A stretch of DNA of 63,523 nucleotides, counting the filler, from Thraustochytrium aureum (Eukaryota), in the NCBI GenBank assembly GCA_012862495.1. It is 5 parts of 3 records of this genome, joined end to end, with 100 filler letters (N's around TTAATTAATTAA, not from the genome) between each part and the next. Parts side by side here need not be neighbours in the genome. Positions count along the whole stretch, not along the records: positions 34,389 to 57,221 come from BLSG01000132.1; 4 more parts are not named here. One strand, given 5' to 3'. The translations under genes and the position numbers were made by a program. The notes below the pieces were generated by a model. It saw nothing but the letters and a program-made list of their open reading frames with translations, searched no databases and was not told where the DNA came from. Below are positions 34,591 through 45,598 of the stretch, piece after piece (position 1 is the stretch's first letter; each line of letters starts with the position of its first letter).

Positions 34591-37566
34591 CTACAGCCAC
34601 GAACGCATCACCGGACCGCACGCGTCCCGCGGCGCTGCGAGGCTCGTGCTGGTCCGCCCTCCGTCGCTCCCTTGCAGGTCATCAGGCTCCATCGGGTTGA
34701 CCTGCGCCGAGCCGACCAAGATGCCGCTCCCCGACGCAGACGGCGCCTTGCTGGCGTCCTCGATCTCCTTGACCCAGCGCGGAGTCTCCGCCTTTTGCCC
34801 CGGCTCGAAGAGCTGCTTCATCGCTGCAACAATGTCGGAAACAAAGTGGATCTCGAGGTCGTCACGGACCGATTCCGGAATCTCCTCGACGTCCTTGCTG
34901 TTGCGCTTCGGCAAGACAATACGCTTGATGCCGGCTCGGTGCGCTGCCAGCACCTTCTCCTTGATCCCGCCGACGGGAAGCACGAGCCCGCGCAGAGTGA
35001 TCTCGCCGGTGCAAGCTGTGTCGGCGCGAACGCACCGGCCAGACAACGCGCTCAGGATTGCGGCCGTCACCGCAACCCCCGCGGACGGGCCGTCCTTCGG
35101 CACCGCTCCGCTGGGAAAGTGCACGTGGATGTCCGCCTTGGAAAGGGCGCGCTGGAGGTCCACGTTGCGCCCGTTCAAGCGTTCAAGGCCAAGTTCTTCC
35201 AGGTTGCCCCGAATAAAGCTCAGCGCCGCCCGCACAGACTCCTGCATGACGCTGCCGAGCTGGCCGGTCAGCTGCACGCGGCCAGTGCCGCGGTGCAGCC
35301 AAGTCTCAATGAAGAGAATCTCGCCGCCCACCGAGGTCCATGCCATCCCGGTGGCCACACCAGGCACGGCGGTGCGCTGAGCGATCTCCGACTCGAACCG
35401 CACAGGGCCGANNNNNNNNNNNNNNNNNNNNNNNNNNNNNNNNNNNNNNNNNNNNNNNNNNNNNNNNNNNNNNNNNNNNNNNNNNNNNNNNNNNNNNNNN
35501 NNNNNNNNNNNNNNNNNNNNNNNNNNNNNNNNNNNNNNNNNNNNNNNNNNNNNNNNNNNNNNNNNNNNNNNNNNNNNNNNNNNNNNNNNNNNNNNNNNNN
35601 NNNNNNNNNNNNNNNNNNNNNNNNNNNNNNNNNNNNNNNNNNNNNNNNNNNNNNNNNNNNNNNNNNNNNNNNNNNNNNNNNNNNNNNNNNNNNNNNNNNN
35701 NNNNNNNNNNNNNNNNNNNNNNNNNNNNNNNNNNNNNNNNNNNNNCTCGGCCACCTTGACCGCGGCAAACCGGCACAGCGCGGCGATCTCTCGGTCGAGC
35801 GACCGCACGCCCGCCTCGCGCGTGTACGAGGCGATGACAAGGTCCACCGCGGAGGGGGTGATCTCGATGTGGGCTTGGTCAATGCCGTGGCGGGCCATCT
35901 GCTTGGGGATCAGGTGCCGCGTGGCGATTTCGTGCTTCTCCGAGAGCGTGTAGCCGGGCAGCTCAATCACCTCCATGCGGTCGAGGAGCGGGCCCGGGAT
36001 CGTGTCGAGCCGGTTCGCGGTGGCGACAAACATGACCTTGCTCAGGTCGAACGGGACGTTCAGGTAGTGGTCCACGAACGAGTCGTTCTGCTCCGGGTCG
36101 AGCACCTCTAGCAACGCGGACGCCGGGTCGCCCCGAACGTCGCGGCCCAGCTTGTCAACCTCGTCGAGCAAGAGGACCGGGTTGTTCGTCCCGGCCTTCT
36201 TGAGGGTCGAGATGATGTTGCCAGGCATGGCGCCAATGTACGTCCGGCGGTGCCCGCGGATCTCCGCCTCGTCCCGCACGCCGCCAAGCGCGAGCCGGCG
36301 GAACTTGCGCCCCAGCGCGTCCGCGACGCTCTTTCCAAGGGAAGTCTTGCCCACGCCGGGCGGGCCCACCAAGCACAGGATGGGGCCCTTCATGTCGCTC
36401 TTTAGCGACCGCACCGCGAGAAACTCGACGATCCGCTTTTTGACCTTGTCCAGCGCGTGGTGGTCCGCGTCAAGTGTGGCGCGCGCGTTCGCGATGTCCA
36501 GGTTGTCTTTGGTGCTCGTGCTCCACGGAAGGTCGGCCATGAGCTCCAGGTAGGTGCGCAGCACCGAGTACTCTGGCTGGGACGGCTGCATTTGCCGCAG
36601 CCGCTGCAGCTCGCGATCGGCTGCCAGCCGCGCCTCCTCGGGCATCGTCGCCTTGGAGAGCGCCTCCTCGAGAACGTCCATCTCGTCCTGCTCGCTTCCC
36701 GCCCCGCCCTTGCCGCTCATCGCGCCGAGCTCGTCGTTGATGGCGCGCAGCTGCTGTCGCAAGTAGTACTCGCGCTGCGTGTTCTTCAGCTTGCCCTCCA
36801 CCTCGCTCTGGATCTTGTCCGAGATCTTGAACACCTCGACTTGCCGGTTCATAAGCTCGAGGGCTCGGCGCAGGCGGGGCGCCAGCTCCAGCTCGCTCAG
36901 CACGGCCTGCTTCTCCTCCACCGAGGCATCCAGGTTGGCGGAGAGAAGGTCCGCCAAGCGCCCGGGCGTGGCGCGGTCCAAGTTCTCCAGAACCTCCTTG
37001 GTCTTCTTGCCCAAGGGGGAATTGCGCTTGCGCTGCAGCTCGAGGAGATCGCGCGCAAGCTCGCGAACGTTGATCGCGAGCGCGCGCACTTGGGTGTCGT
37101 TCACCGAGCCCTCGTCCGTCAGCCAGGCCACGCGCGCGGTGTGGAAAGGGTCGGTGCGTACCACGTCGTCGATGCGGATGCGGGACACGCCTTCGACCAA
37201 GAGACTGAATTGGAACGCCTGGCTGTCCGAGCCGTTGACGCGCGAGAGCTGCAGCACACGAGCCACCGTCCCCACCTCGTAGACGGTTGGTCCGTCCGCA
37301 TCTGGGATCTTGAGCGTGTCGAGCGAGCGGTCCAGCCCGCTGCGCGGGTCGGCGGCATCAGATTCCAGTTGAGCTGTGCAGACCGCGATCATGGACCCTT
37401 TTTTGAACGTGCGGTTTTGCGCGTCCCAGATGCTCTCCACGAGGCGGACTGACTTGGGCCTCCCAATCTGAAGGCGCAGCAGGACCCCAGGAAAGAGGAC
37501 GCGCTTGCGAATCTCCAGGAGAGGCAGCTCCCGCGGTCGCGCCAGAGGCAGCTTGGTGCTCGACAT
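34591..37566 (-). CDS. LONP2: Lon protease, peroxisomal LONP2-type
   Basis: N-domain begins right after Met (LPLL...VLFPG; no mitochondrial presequence). Walker A GPPGVGKT, Walker B LLDEVDK, HRRTYIGAMPG, catalytic PKDGPSAG and GGIKEK. C-terminal SWL. Gap at 35412-35745. Confidence 0.9.
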   Translation of the reverse strand: MSSTKLPLARPRELPLLEIRKRVLFPGVLLRLQIGRPKSVRLVESIWDAQNRTFKKGSMIAVCTAQLESDAADPRSGLDRSLDTLKIPDADGPTVYEVGTVARVLQLSRVNGSDSQAFQFSLLVEGVSRIRIDDVVRTDPFHTARVAWLTDEGSVNDTQVRALAINVRELARDLLELQRKRNSPLGKKTKEVLENLDRATPGRLADLLSANLDASVEEKQAVLSELELAPRLRRALELMNRQVEVFKISDKIQSEVEGKLKNTQREYYLRQQLRAINDELGAMSGKGGAGSEQDEMDVLEEALSKATMPEEARLAADRELQRLRQMQPSQPEYSVLRTYLELMADLPWSTSTKDNLDIANARATLDADHHALDKVKKRIVEFLAVRSLKSDMKGPILCLVGPPGVGKTSLGKSVADALGRKFRRLALGGVRDEAEIRGHRRTYIGAMPGNIISTLKKAGTNNPVLLLDEVDKLGRDVRGDPASALLEVLDPEQNDSFVDHYLNVPFDLSKVMFVATANRLDTIPGPLLDRMEVIELPGYTLSEKHEIATRHLIPKQMARHGIDQAHIEITPSAVDLVIASYTREAGVRSLDREIAALCRFAAVKVAEXXXXXXXXXXXXXXXXXXXXXXXXXXXXXXXXXXXXXXXXXXXXXXXXXXXXXXXXXXXXXXXXXXXXXXXXXXXXXXXXXXXXXXXXXXXXXXXXXXXXXXXXXXXXXXXXGPVRFESEIAQRTAVPGVATGMAWTSVGGEILFIETWLHRGTGRVQLTGQLGSVMQESVRAALSFIRGNLEELGLERLNGRNVDLQRALSKADIHVHFPSGAVPKDGPSAGVAVTAAILSALSGRCVRADTACTGEITLRGLVLPVGGIKEKVLAAHRAGIKRIVLPKRNSKDVEEIPESVRDDLEIHFVSDIVAAMKQLFEPGQKAETPRWVKEIEDASKAPSASGSGILVGSAQVNPMEPDDLQGSDGGRTSTSLAAPRDACGPVMRSWL

Positions 37567-38405
37567 GGCTTTGCCTCTGCTTTGGCGGCCCGGCTTTGCT
37601 CGAGGTGTGTTTCTCTGTCGCCCTTTGGACCGGCTGGGCTCCTTTGCCGCCTTGAAACTCGAAACCTGGCGCTTGCCGCGCGTACACACGCCGCCCGCGC
37701 TTACCGGTACGCGCGACGACGCTTTNNNNNNNNNNNNNNNNNNNNNNNNNNNNNNNNNNNNNNNNNNNNNNNNNNNNNNNNNNNNNNNNNNNNNNNNNNN
37801 NNNNNNNNNNNNNNNNNNNNNNNNNNNNNNNNNNNNNNNNNNNNNNNNNNNNNNNNNNNNNNNNNNNNNNNNNNNNNNNNNNNNNNNNNNNNNNNNNNNN
37901 NNNNNNNNNNNNNNNNNNNNNNNNNNNNNNNNNNNNNNNNNNNNNNNNNNNNNNNNNNNNNNNNNNNNNNNNNNNNNNNNNNNNNNNNNNNNNNNNNNNN
38001 NNNNNNNNNNNNNNNNNNNNNNNNNNNNNNNNNNNNNNNNNNNNNNNNNNNNNNNNNNNNNNNNNNNNNNNNNNNNNNNNNNNNNNNNNNNNNNNNNNNN
38101 NNNNNNNNNNNNNNNNNNNNNNNNNNNNNNNNNNNNNNNNNNNNNNNNNNNNNNNNNNNNNNNNNNNNNNNNNNNNNNNNNNNNNNNNNNNNNNNNNNNN
38201 NNNNNNNNNNNNNNNNNNNNNNNNNNNNNNNNNNNNNNNNNNNNNNNNNNNNNNNNNNNNNNNNNNNNNNNNNNNNNNNNNNNNNNNNNNNNNNNNNNNN
38301 NNNNNNNNNNNNNNNNNNNNNNNNNNNNNNNNNNNNNNNNNNNNNNNNNNNNNNNNNNNNNNNNNNNNNNNNNNNNNNNNNNNNNNNNNNNNNNNNNNNN
38401 NNNNN

Positions 38406-40812
38406 GTGTACTCGTCCGGGAGGAACCCGTGCGAGCCTTGAGGAAACCCAGCGAGGCTCTTGGCTTTGCCGGTCACGGGAAGCGGGTAAGTGGCCAGAGG
38501 TCGCAGGTCGCTGGCCTTCACGAGCTGCACGCCCGACTCGCTGACGCGAACGTGGACCATCGACCGAGGTGTCATGCCGCCAAACAAACGGCTCGGCTTG
38601 AGCGGCTCGAGGCGCTGGGGCATCGTGAGCATCCACGCCTCGCTCGAGCCGACGACCGCCACACCGCACAGGACGAGGAACAAGCTCCCGTCGCTTGTGA
38701 CAGCAAGCTGGGCGCCAGCGTCGTACATTGGGAAGTCGCCGTCGCTGTTCGATTTGAACAAGCCGCGCAGATTGTGCGAGACCACTCCAAAGTCAGTATC
38801 GCGTGTGATGTCGCACGAGGCCTTGACCTCGAGAACGTGGCCCGGCTCGCTTGCCAGGCCCAGCACTTCCGCGACATAGCGTTCGTCCACAGCCTCGGCG
38901 ATCGTGTCGTCGGCCTCCTCCCCGCACATCTGTGCGATGGCCATTTTCACGATATTCCGCATCGCGCCCACGACGGCCTTCAGGTTGCCAGCCGCAAAGG
39001 GCGCTCCCCTCAGCTTGCTCCCGGATGTGAGCGGCTCACAGTTCGCGTTGCGCTCATAGTTTGCGGCGGAGGACTCGATGACGCGTTTCAGCAAGTCTTG
39101 GCAGGCTTTGGAGCGGTCGCAACGGTTGGTCTGCGTCATGAACTTTTTCGTTCGCTTGTGCGAGCTCTCAAAGTGGCCCGTATCGGTGGTTGGGGCCGCG
39201 CCGTGGAGCGACAGGTTGTTGAACAGGTGCATGATTCCGTGCCCCTTGAGCGTCCTTGTGGACGCAGGGAAGGACCGAAAGTTTGCCGTCTTTGCGCGGC
39301 TGAACAGCAGGCGAACAGGGACGAACTGCGTGTCCAACAGGAATGCGACGCGCACTGCCGAGTCCACGCCGAGTTGCGTCACAGCTGGCAACTGCGCAAA
39401 GTAGCACAGTTGCACCATCGTCTCCATTGCGGGCACGATGCAGACAAGCTCGTCCGTGAGCGTGACGATCTCGCTGGCCTTGTCGTCGAGCGCCTCAGAA
39501 TAGCAGAGCGCGAGGAGAGCTTGCATCAGCGGCAGGAAATCGGCGGTGTTAATGTGGCCCAATACGTCGGTCTGCCTAAAGATGCCATTGAGCGCTTCTC
39601 GAAGCCGGCGTTGGGAGTTTGTAAACTTCTTTTCCGAAAGGCGCTTGGCCAACGTGGCCATCCTGTCTCGGTCCATTTCTGTGAAGCCGACCGAGTAGAA
39701 CAGCATCCAGAACATCTCCATGCCGGGGCCGGCAAGGATGGTGTGGAGCGCGTCCCATACCACGAGCTTATGGACGTCCACGAGCGCGTCGTACGGCGTC
39801 TCACACAGAGCGTTCAGCTCGCCGTCTGCGCAGTGCAATTGCCACTTGTCTTCGATTGTATTCTTGGCTTGTTGGTCGCCATTCTTCGCCGCCACCCAGA
39901 GCTCCTTCAGTACAGCGCCAGAGCGCATCTCCCCGCCGAGAGCCATGTTGCCCAGCTCCCCAGCGAGTTCCGGGTCGCTCGACCGAGCCCCGCGAGTCCG
40001 CGCAAAACAAGTGCGGCATGCCGTGGACTTGGTCAGCATCATCGCGTTGAGCTCCTTGTTGTCGGTCACGAATGCGCCAAGCACGACCAAACGCCGCGCG
40101 GTGCGGCCCGCTGCATCTTGCATCTCGATGCCTTGCTTTCCTGCGCAGTTCTGGGCGGCTGCGAGAAACTCTGTCAATGCGAGGATGACAGCCTGCCGCT
40201 CAAAGCGCGGCAAAAGGTCGTATACGCCCGACTTTCCTGACTTGGCCACGTTCGAGTCCTTGTACACAAACCCAATCACCTCCTTCGCGCTCTCGCGCTG
40301 GATGTTTCGCCCGTGAACGTCCAGACTGGCCACGATTGGGCAGAGCCCATTCGTTTTGTTGAACGAGACCTGCGTGTCGTCGATGAAGATCAGCAGAGGC
40401 ACGATCTCGAGGCTTTCGTTGTTGGCGCGGCTCCTGGCGGCAGCGAGCAGCTCCTCGCCCAAATAACCCGAGCTTAGCGACGTGAAGACGCGCTGCCCGC
40501 GCACATGCTTCGGGCCGGCCGTCATGGGCCCGCCATTCGGCATCAGGGCGCGCTGGCTCAAAAGGCTGTCAGCCACAAGGATCGGGTCGCGAAGAAGCAC
40601 GGTCTTGTAGTCCTCCTTGGTCAGCTCGCGCAGCGCGGCCGGGTAGGGGACCTTGAAGGCCACCGTGTAGCCGTTGTAAGCTGCCGAGGCCTTTTGCAGC
40701 CGCCGCCGCATTGTCTTGGCCACGGGGTGATCACGCAGCATCGATTTGACGTGCGGTTCCTTCAAGATCTCGCGCCATTCGCCCGTCGAGTCTTCGATGA
40801 GGCGTCTGGCTT
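38406..40812 (-). mobile_element. Plavaka-type (CMC/CACTA-related) DDE transposase ORF; both ends lost in gaps
   Basis: About 800 codons open from gap to gap with PLLIFIDDT, CPIVASL, VIGFV, FVTDNKE, CRTC, WDALHTILAG, KGHGIMH...HG...DTGHFESSHK. This matches the motif order of Plavaka/EnSpm-like transposases. Element termini are not visible. Confidence 0.75.
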
Positions 40813-43800
40813 NNNNNNNNNNNNNNNNNNNNNNNNNNNNNNNNNNNNNNNNNNNNNNNNNNNNNNNNNNNNNNNNNNNNNNNNNNNNNNNNNNNNNNNN
40901 NNNNNNNNNNNNNNNNNNNNNNNNNNNNNNNNNNNNNNNNNNNNNNNNNNNNNNNNNNNNNNNNNNNNNNNNNNNNNNNNNNNNNNNNNNNNNNNNNNNN
41001 NNNNNNNNNNNNNNNNNNNNNNNNNNNNNNNNNNNNNNNNNNNNNNNNNNNNNNNNNNNNNNNNNNNNNNNNNNNNNNNNNNNNNNNNNNNNNNNNNNNN
41101 NNNNNNNNNNNNNNNNNNNNNNNNNNNNNNNNNNNNNNNNNNNNNNNNNNNNNNNNNNNNNNNNNNNNNNNNNNNNNNNNNNNNNNNNNNNNNNNNNNNN
41201 NNNNNNNNNNNNNNNNNNNNNNNNNNNNNNNNNNNNNNNNNNNNNNNNNNNNNNNNNNNNNNNNNNNNNNNNNNNNNNNNNNNNNNNNNNNNNNNNNNNN
41301 NNNNNNNNNNNNNNNNNNNNNNNNNNNNNNNNNNNNNNNNNNNNNNNNNNNNNNNNNNNNNNNNNNNNNNNNNNNNNNNNNNNNNNNNNNNNNNNNNNNN
41401 NNNNNNNNNNNNNNNNNNNNNNNNNNNNNNNNNNNNNNNNNNNNNNNNNNNNNNNNNNNNNNNNNNNNNNNNNNNNNNNNNNNNNNNNNNNNNNNNNNNN
41501 NNNNNNNNNNNNNNNNNNNNNNNNNNNNNNNNNNNNNNNNNNNNNNNNNNNNNNNNNNNNNNNNNNNNNNNNNNNNNNNNNNNNNNNNNNNNNNNNNNNN
41601 NNNNNNNNNNNNNNNNNNNNNNNNNNNNNNNNNNNNNNNNNNNNNNNNNNNNNNNNNNNNNNNNNNNNNNNNNNNNNNNNNNNNNNNNNNNNNNNNNNNN
41701 NNNNNNNNNNNNNNNNNNNNNNNNNNNNNNNNNNNNACTCCAGCTGGTCGCTCGTGCCAGGCGCTCACGGGCGTCGGCGGCCGGCCCGCCCAACCCATCC
41801 CCTCGTGTTCGCGCTTCTGCTCGCCAGCCCTTGCTTGCTTGCGCGCGCTTCTGCTCGCCTGCACCTTGCCAGTGCCAGTGCTTGCTTGCGATTCTGCTCG
41901 CCTGCATCTTGCTTGCTTGCGCTCGTGCTGCGCGCTCCTCCATGCTCGCTCCGCCGCGTGTCGTGTCGTCTGCTGGCTCGCTGGCGCGATTCCGCACTCG
42001 GGCGCTCCTCAGATTGTGAGAAGGTTGTTGTTCGTTTTGGTTCTTTTCAATCCTATGAGAGGGAGGACACCGAGAAGATTTGCGCGTTGTGCTCTGCCCA
42101 GTTCAAAAAGCCAGCGATGCATGATGGCGGCGGAGACGGGCAACCCACCGTCAGCCTGGTTCCGCAGCCCGGTTCCACAGCCTGGTTCCAGGCGAGGCTG
42201 CGCAGCCTGAAGGCTCGCCGAGGCCTCGCGAGCTCTGCAGCAGACACCAAACCCAAACGAGGAAGCGCAAGCGACACAAGAGCGCGGCAGCGCGCCCAGA
42301 GAACCGAGCAGCCACGCCGCCGCGCGAAGGACATGCGGGCGCGCCGGGCGCTGCGCCTCGCGCGCGAGGTAGTCGACCCGTCGCAAGAGTCGCCAAGAAA
42401 CCAAGCCAAGACAGGACGACGGCAATGGCTGCGGAACCGGCAAGCCCGGAGCCAGCTCCTCAGGAAGCGCGCGCGGCTGCCAAGCGCGTCGCAGGGCTCG
42501 TGAGCGACTTGAGCTGCTTGCCAAGCCAGGTGAGTTCGACGAGCGGAGCGCTTGCGACTGGCTCTGACCGGCACGGGCCGAGGCACTGACGCCGGCGAGC
42601 TCCGCGACTTCTTCGAGCCCAGCCGCCCGCGCAAGCTACTCGACGAAGGTAACGCGCTAGAGGAGCTGCTAGCGGTGCGACCGCCGGGCGGCGGTTGTTG
42701 CCTGGTTCGCATAAAGCGCTGGTTCTCGGCGCGTAAAGGCTGAGAGCACGCACATCAACCGCCGACTTGGAGAGCTCATTCGACCGTAGAACAGAAGTAG
42801 ATAGGGCTGCGCCAAGCCACAGCGTGCTGGTCCGCCGCGCAAGTGGAAGCCACGGCGGTAAGTAGCGCGGAGTCGGCTTGTCGGCTAGCTGGAGTGATTT
42901 GCGCACACGAGCTAACACGCCCGCTTTATCTTGCAACTGTGGCGCAGAACAAGGCGGCTACCCAGGACACGAAAGCTTCGTTTCTCTACGGGGCATCGCA
43001 ACGCCAGCTCGTGCCACGTGCAAGCGGCAGGGCTTGCAACTCTTAGCTGGGTCGTCGCGCGGCATTCCAGAGACTCGGAGACGCAAGCAACGGCAGGCCG
43101 CAGCTTTCCCAAGCTGCATCGTTCCGGAGGCCNNNNNNNNNNNNNNNNNNNNNNNNNNNNNNNNNNNNNNNNNNNNNNNNNNNNNNNNNNNNNNNNNNNN
43201 NNNNNNNNNNNNNNNNNNNNNNNNNNNNNNNNNNNNNNNNNNNNNNNNNNNNNNNNNNNNNNNNNNNNNNNNNNNNNNNNNNNNNNNNNNNNNNNNNNNN
43301 NNNNNNNNNNNNNNNNNNNNNNNNNNNNNNNNNNNNNNNNNNNNNNNNNNNNNNNNNNNNNNNNNNNNNNNNNNNNNNNNNNNNNNNNNNNNNNNNNNNN
43401 NNNNNNNNNNNNNNNNNNNNNNNNNNNNNNNNNNNNNNNNNNNNNNNNNNNNNNNNNNNNNNNNNNNNNNNNNNNNNNNNNNNNNNNNNNNNNNNNNNNN
43501 NNNNNNNNNNNNNNNNNNNNNNNNNNNNNNNNNNNNNNNNNNCGCAGGACGCAGGACGCAGGACTCGGAGGGGTGCGCCTCGCCTCTCAGCGCGGTGGAT
43601 GGCAGAGAGACACTGACTGCAAGCGCACACGCGGGTGAATGCACGGCCAAGATGATGAACCGACCAATTGGCAGGCGCAGAGGCCGCGCTGCCAGGGTTG
43701 GGCGAAGCGGAGTACTTCAGCAAGTACTAGCTACTCTACTGTAGTTGTCGTTGACTGTACTACTAGTACTTACCGACGGCAAATTGCACTGCTTTGCACA

Positions 43801-44727
43801 TTGCACGGCAAGATGCACGCGTTTGTGGCGACATTATTTTGCGCAGCCAGCCAGACAGGGTCCGGCGCGGTGCAGCCTGCTCGCCTACGCGCTTGGCCAT
43901 GGCGCGCTCTACGCTCCGTGCTTTGTGAGGTGGCCGGGCGCGCTGTGAAAGGGGGCGGGTTTTGCATCCGCCTGGCCTTGCTTGCCTTTTCTGGTCGCGA
44001 GATCGTCAATTACCTACACGACCGTGCCACGAGGTCAGGAACTCGTGGCCGAACGACGAACAACGTGGACCTGGGGACGCGTGATGATGCGCCCGAACGG
44101 ACCCACTGGTTGTTGGTGTTGGCAAGGAGGATCCGCCTTGGTGTTGGGAGCCAGCCAACGAGGCACTCTTGCCAGAGCGACGCGTCGTCGATGGCCGCGT
44201 CCGCGCGCACTCTGGGCCACTGACCACCGAGCGGCTTGCCCGAGTAGAGTTCCCTTCTCTACTTGCAGTGCACTGCGGCTACAGTACGCCAAGCCCAAGC
44301 CTTGCCTTGGCCTTGTGAAGCAGGCGAACGGCCAAGCAAAGTCGCCGGTCCCAGTGGAGTGCATACAACACAGATGATACAGTGCAAGTACCTCTAGCTA
44401 GCGAGAGTACGGAGGGTGCGCCCAGCAAGGGTTCGGTCCTCGGCGAGGGTTTCGGTCCTCGGCGAAGCTCATCGCCGCGACGAGCCCGCATTCCGGCGCA
44501 GAAGGACCCAACTGATCCGACGGACATCGAGTTGGGCCACCAGGCGAGCGCCCGAACGCCGCAAGTCACGCCGCAAGCCACGCCGCAGCCAAACCAAGCA
44601 AGGCACAACTCGGGACGGGGCAACGCGACGACAAGATCGGGGGCGAAGAGAGTTTTGTATTTTCAGCTTGACAGCGCCGCTGCCTGCGATCGACGCTTGC
44701 GAGCGGGCAACGCAGCCTCCCTCCCGA

Positions 44728-45598
44728 CTACGACTTGCTGTTGAACTGTTCCAATAGGCGCTCTACCGGTTCCTTGAGGGCGTCGTACTCCTTCGAGTCT
44801 AGCATGCCGTGCTCATGGGAGAAGAAGATAAAGTGCTTGAAAGAGCTGTTCAGGTGCGGCGCACTCCCGCTCGCCTCAAAGACCGAAAAGTGGCTGTGGT
44901 ACATGATCGCAAACACGCGGAACAGACGCGTAAAGATCTTGTTGGCCACCTCGTCAAAGCACTCGGGGAAGCTGCTCGACTCGTCCACGACAAAGATACC
45001 TGCACAAGGACAAGGGGGCGCTCAAGTCAGCGGCCGTCTCCGCCAGCGGCCGTCTCCGCCAGCGGCCGTCTCCGCCAGCGGCCGCCGCGAGGCCGGCGGG
45101 CGCGCTCGAGGCCGCTCCAAAGTACTTACTCTCGTTGTGGATCTGCGACTCGACCCAGTGCAACGCAAACGCGACGTACTCGGGCGACGAGCAGCGCACG
45201 GGCTTGGCCGTCTTGCCGTCGGCCCACCTGTACTCGCAGTTCGGCGGGAACCCTTCGCCTGGCTGCGTGAATTTATCGGCGTCCTCTTGGCACAGCTCGT
45301 ACAGAACGGCGACATCGTTGTAAAAGTCAACGGCGTTGGTGGCAACCTGGGGCGCGATCGAGGAGGGCGCCGCAAGCAAGCCGCACTGTCAGCACGCCTT
45401 CGACGCGACGCGCGGCCCCTCGAGCAAGACCCTCGCACTTACCCATTCGCGGATGTTCTCGCCCCTGGGTAGCTTGACCGTCTCGCGCAGGTCCCCGCTG
45501 CCCAGCGTCCGCTTGGTAATCTGCGACAGGTGGCTCCGTTTCGCGTTCGCGTGCTTGACGATCACAAACGTGTCGCGCGTGTTGCGTTTCCCCGACAT
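44728..45598 (-). CDS. MOB1: MOB kinase activator (Mob1-like), 3 exons
   Basis: TLGSGDLRETVKLPRGENIREW|VATNAVDFYN...EYRWAD...CSSPEYV...W...FP...IFTRLFRVFAIMYHSHF...HLNSSFKHF. Introns at 45347-45442 and 45000-45129 (GTAAGT...CAG). Confidence 0.92.
45028..45084. repeat. 16-bp tandem repeat (CAGCGGCCGTCTCCGC) x~3.5 within MOB intron 2
   Basis: Read directly from the sequence. Confidence 0.9.

Noticed and set aside
37358..40765. 1135-aa ORF suggesting a transposase-Lon fusion or overlap
   Set aside because: The ORF is only read through a 680-N gap, and the part after the gap is out of frame with the Lon CDS.
43766..43776. TACTTACC resembling the U1 snRNA 5' end
   Set aside because: Downstream sequence lacks the U1 stem-loops and Sm site. 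It could equally be a minus-strand splice donor or chance.
44088..44320. Chromodomain-like fragment (GKEDPPWCWEPANEALL)
   Set aside because: Only a WEP tripeptide matches. The upstream YLVKW motif is absent and an in-frame stop precedes it.
45028..45084. Short repeats as a CRISPR array
   Set aside because: There are no spacers, they lie inside a spliceosomal intron, and no cas genes are present.
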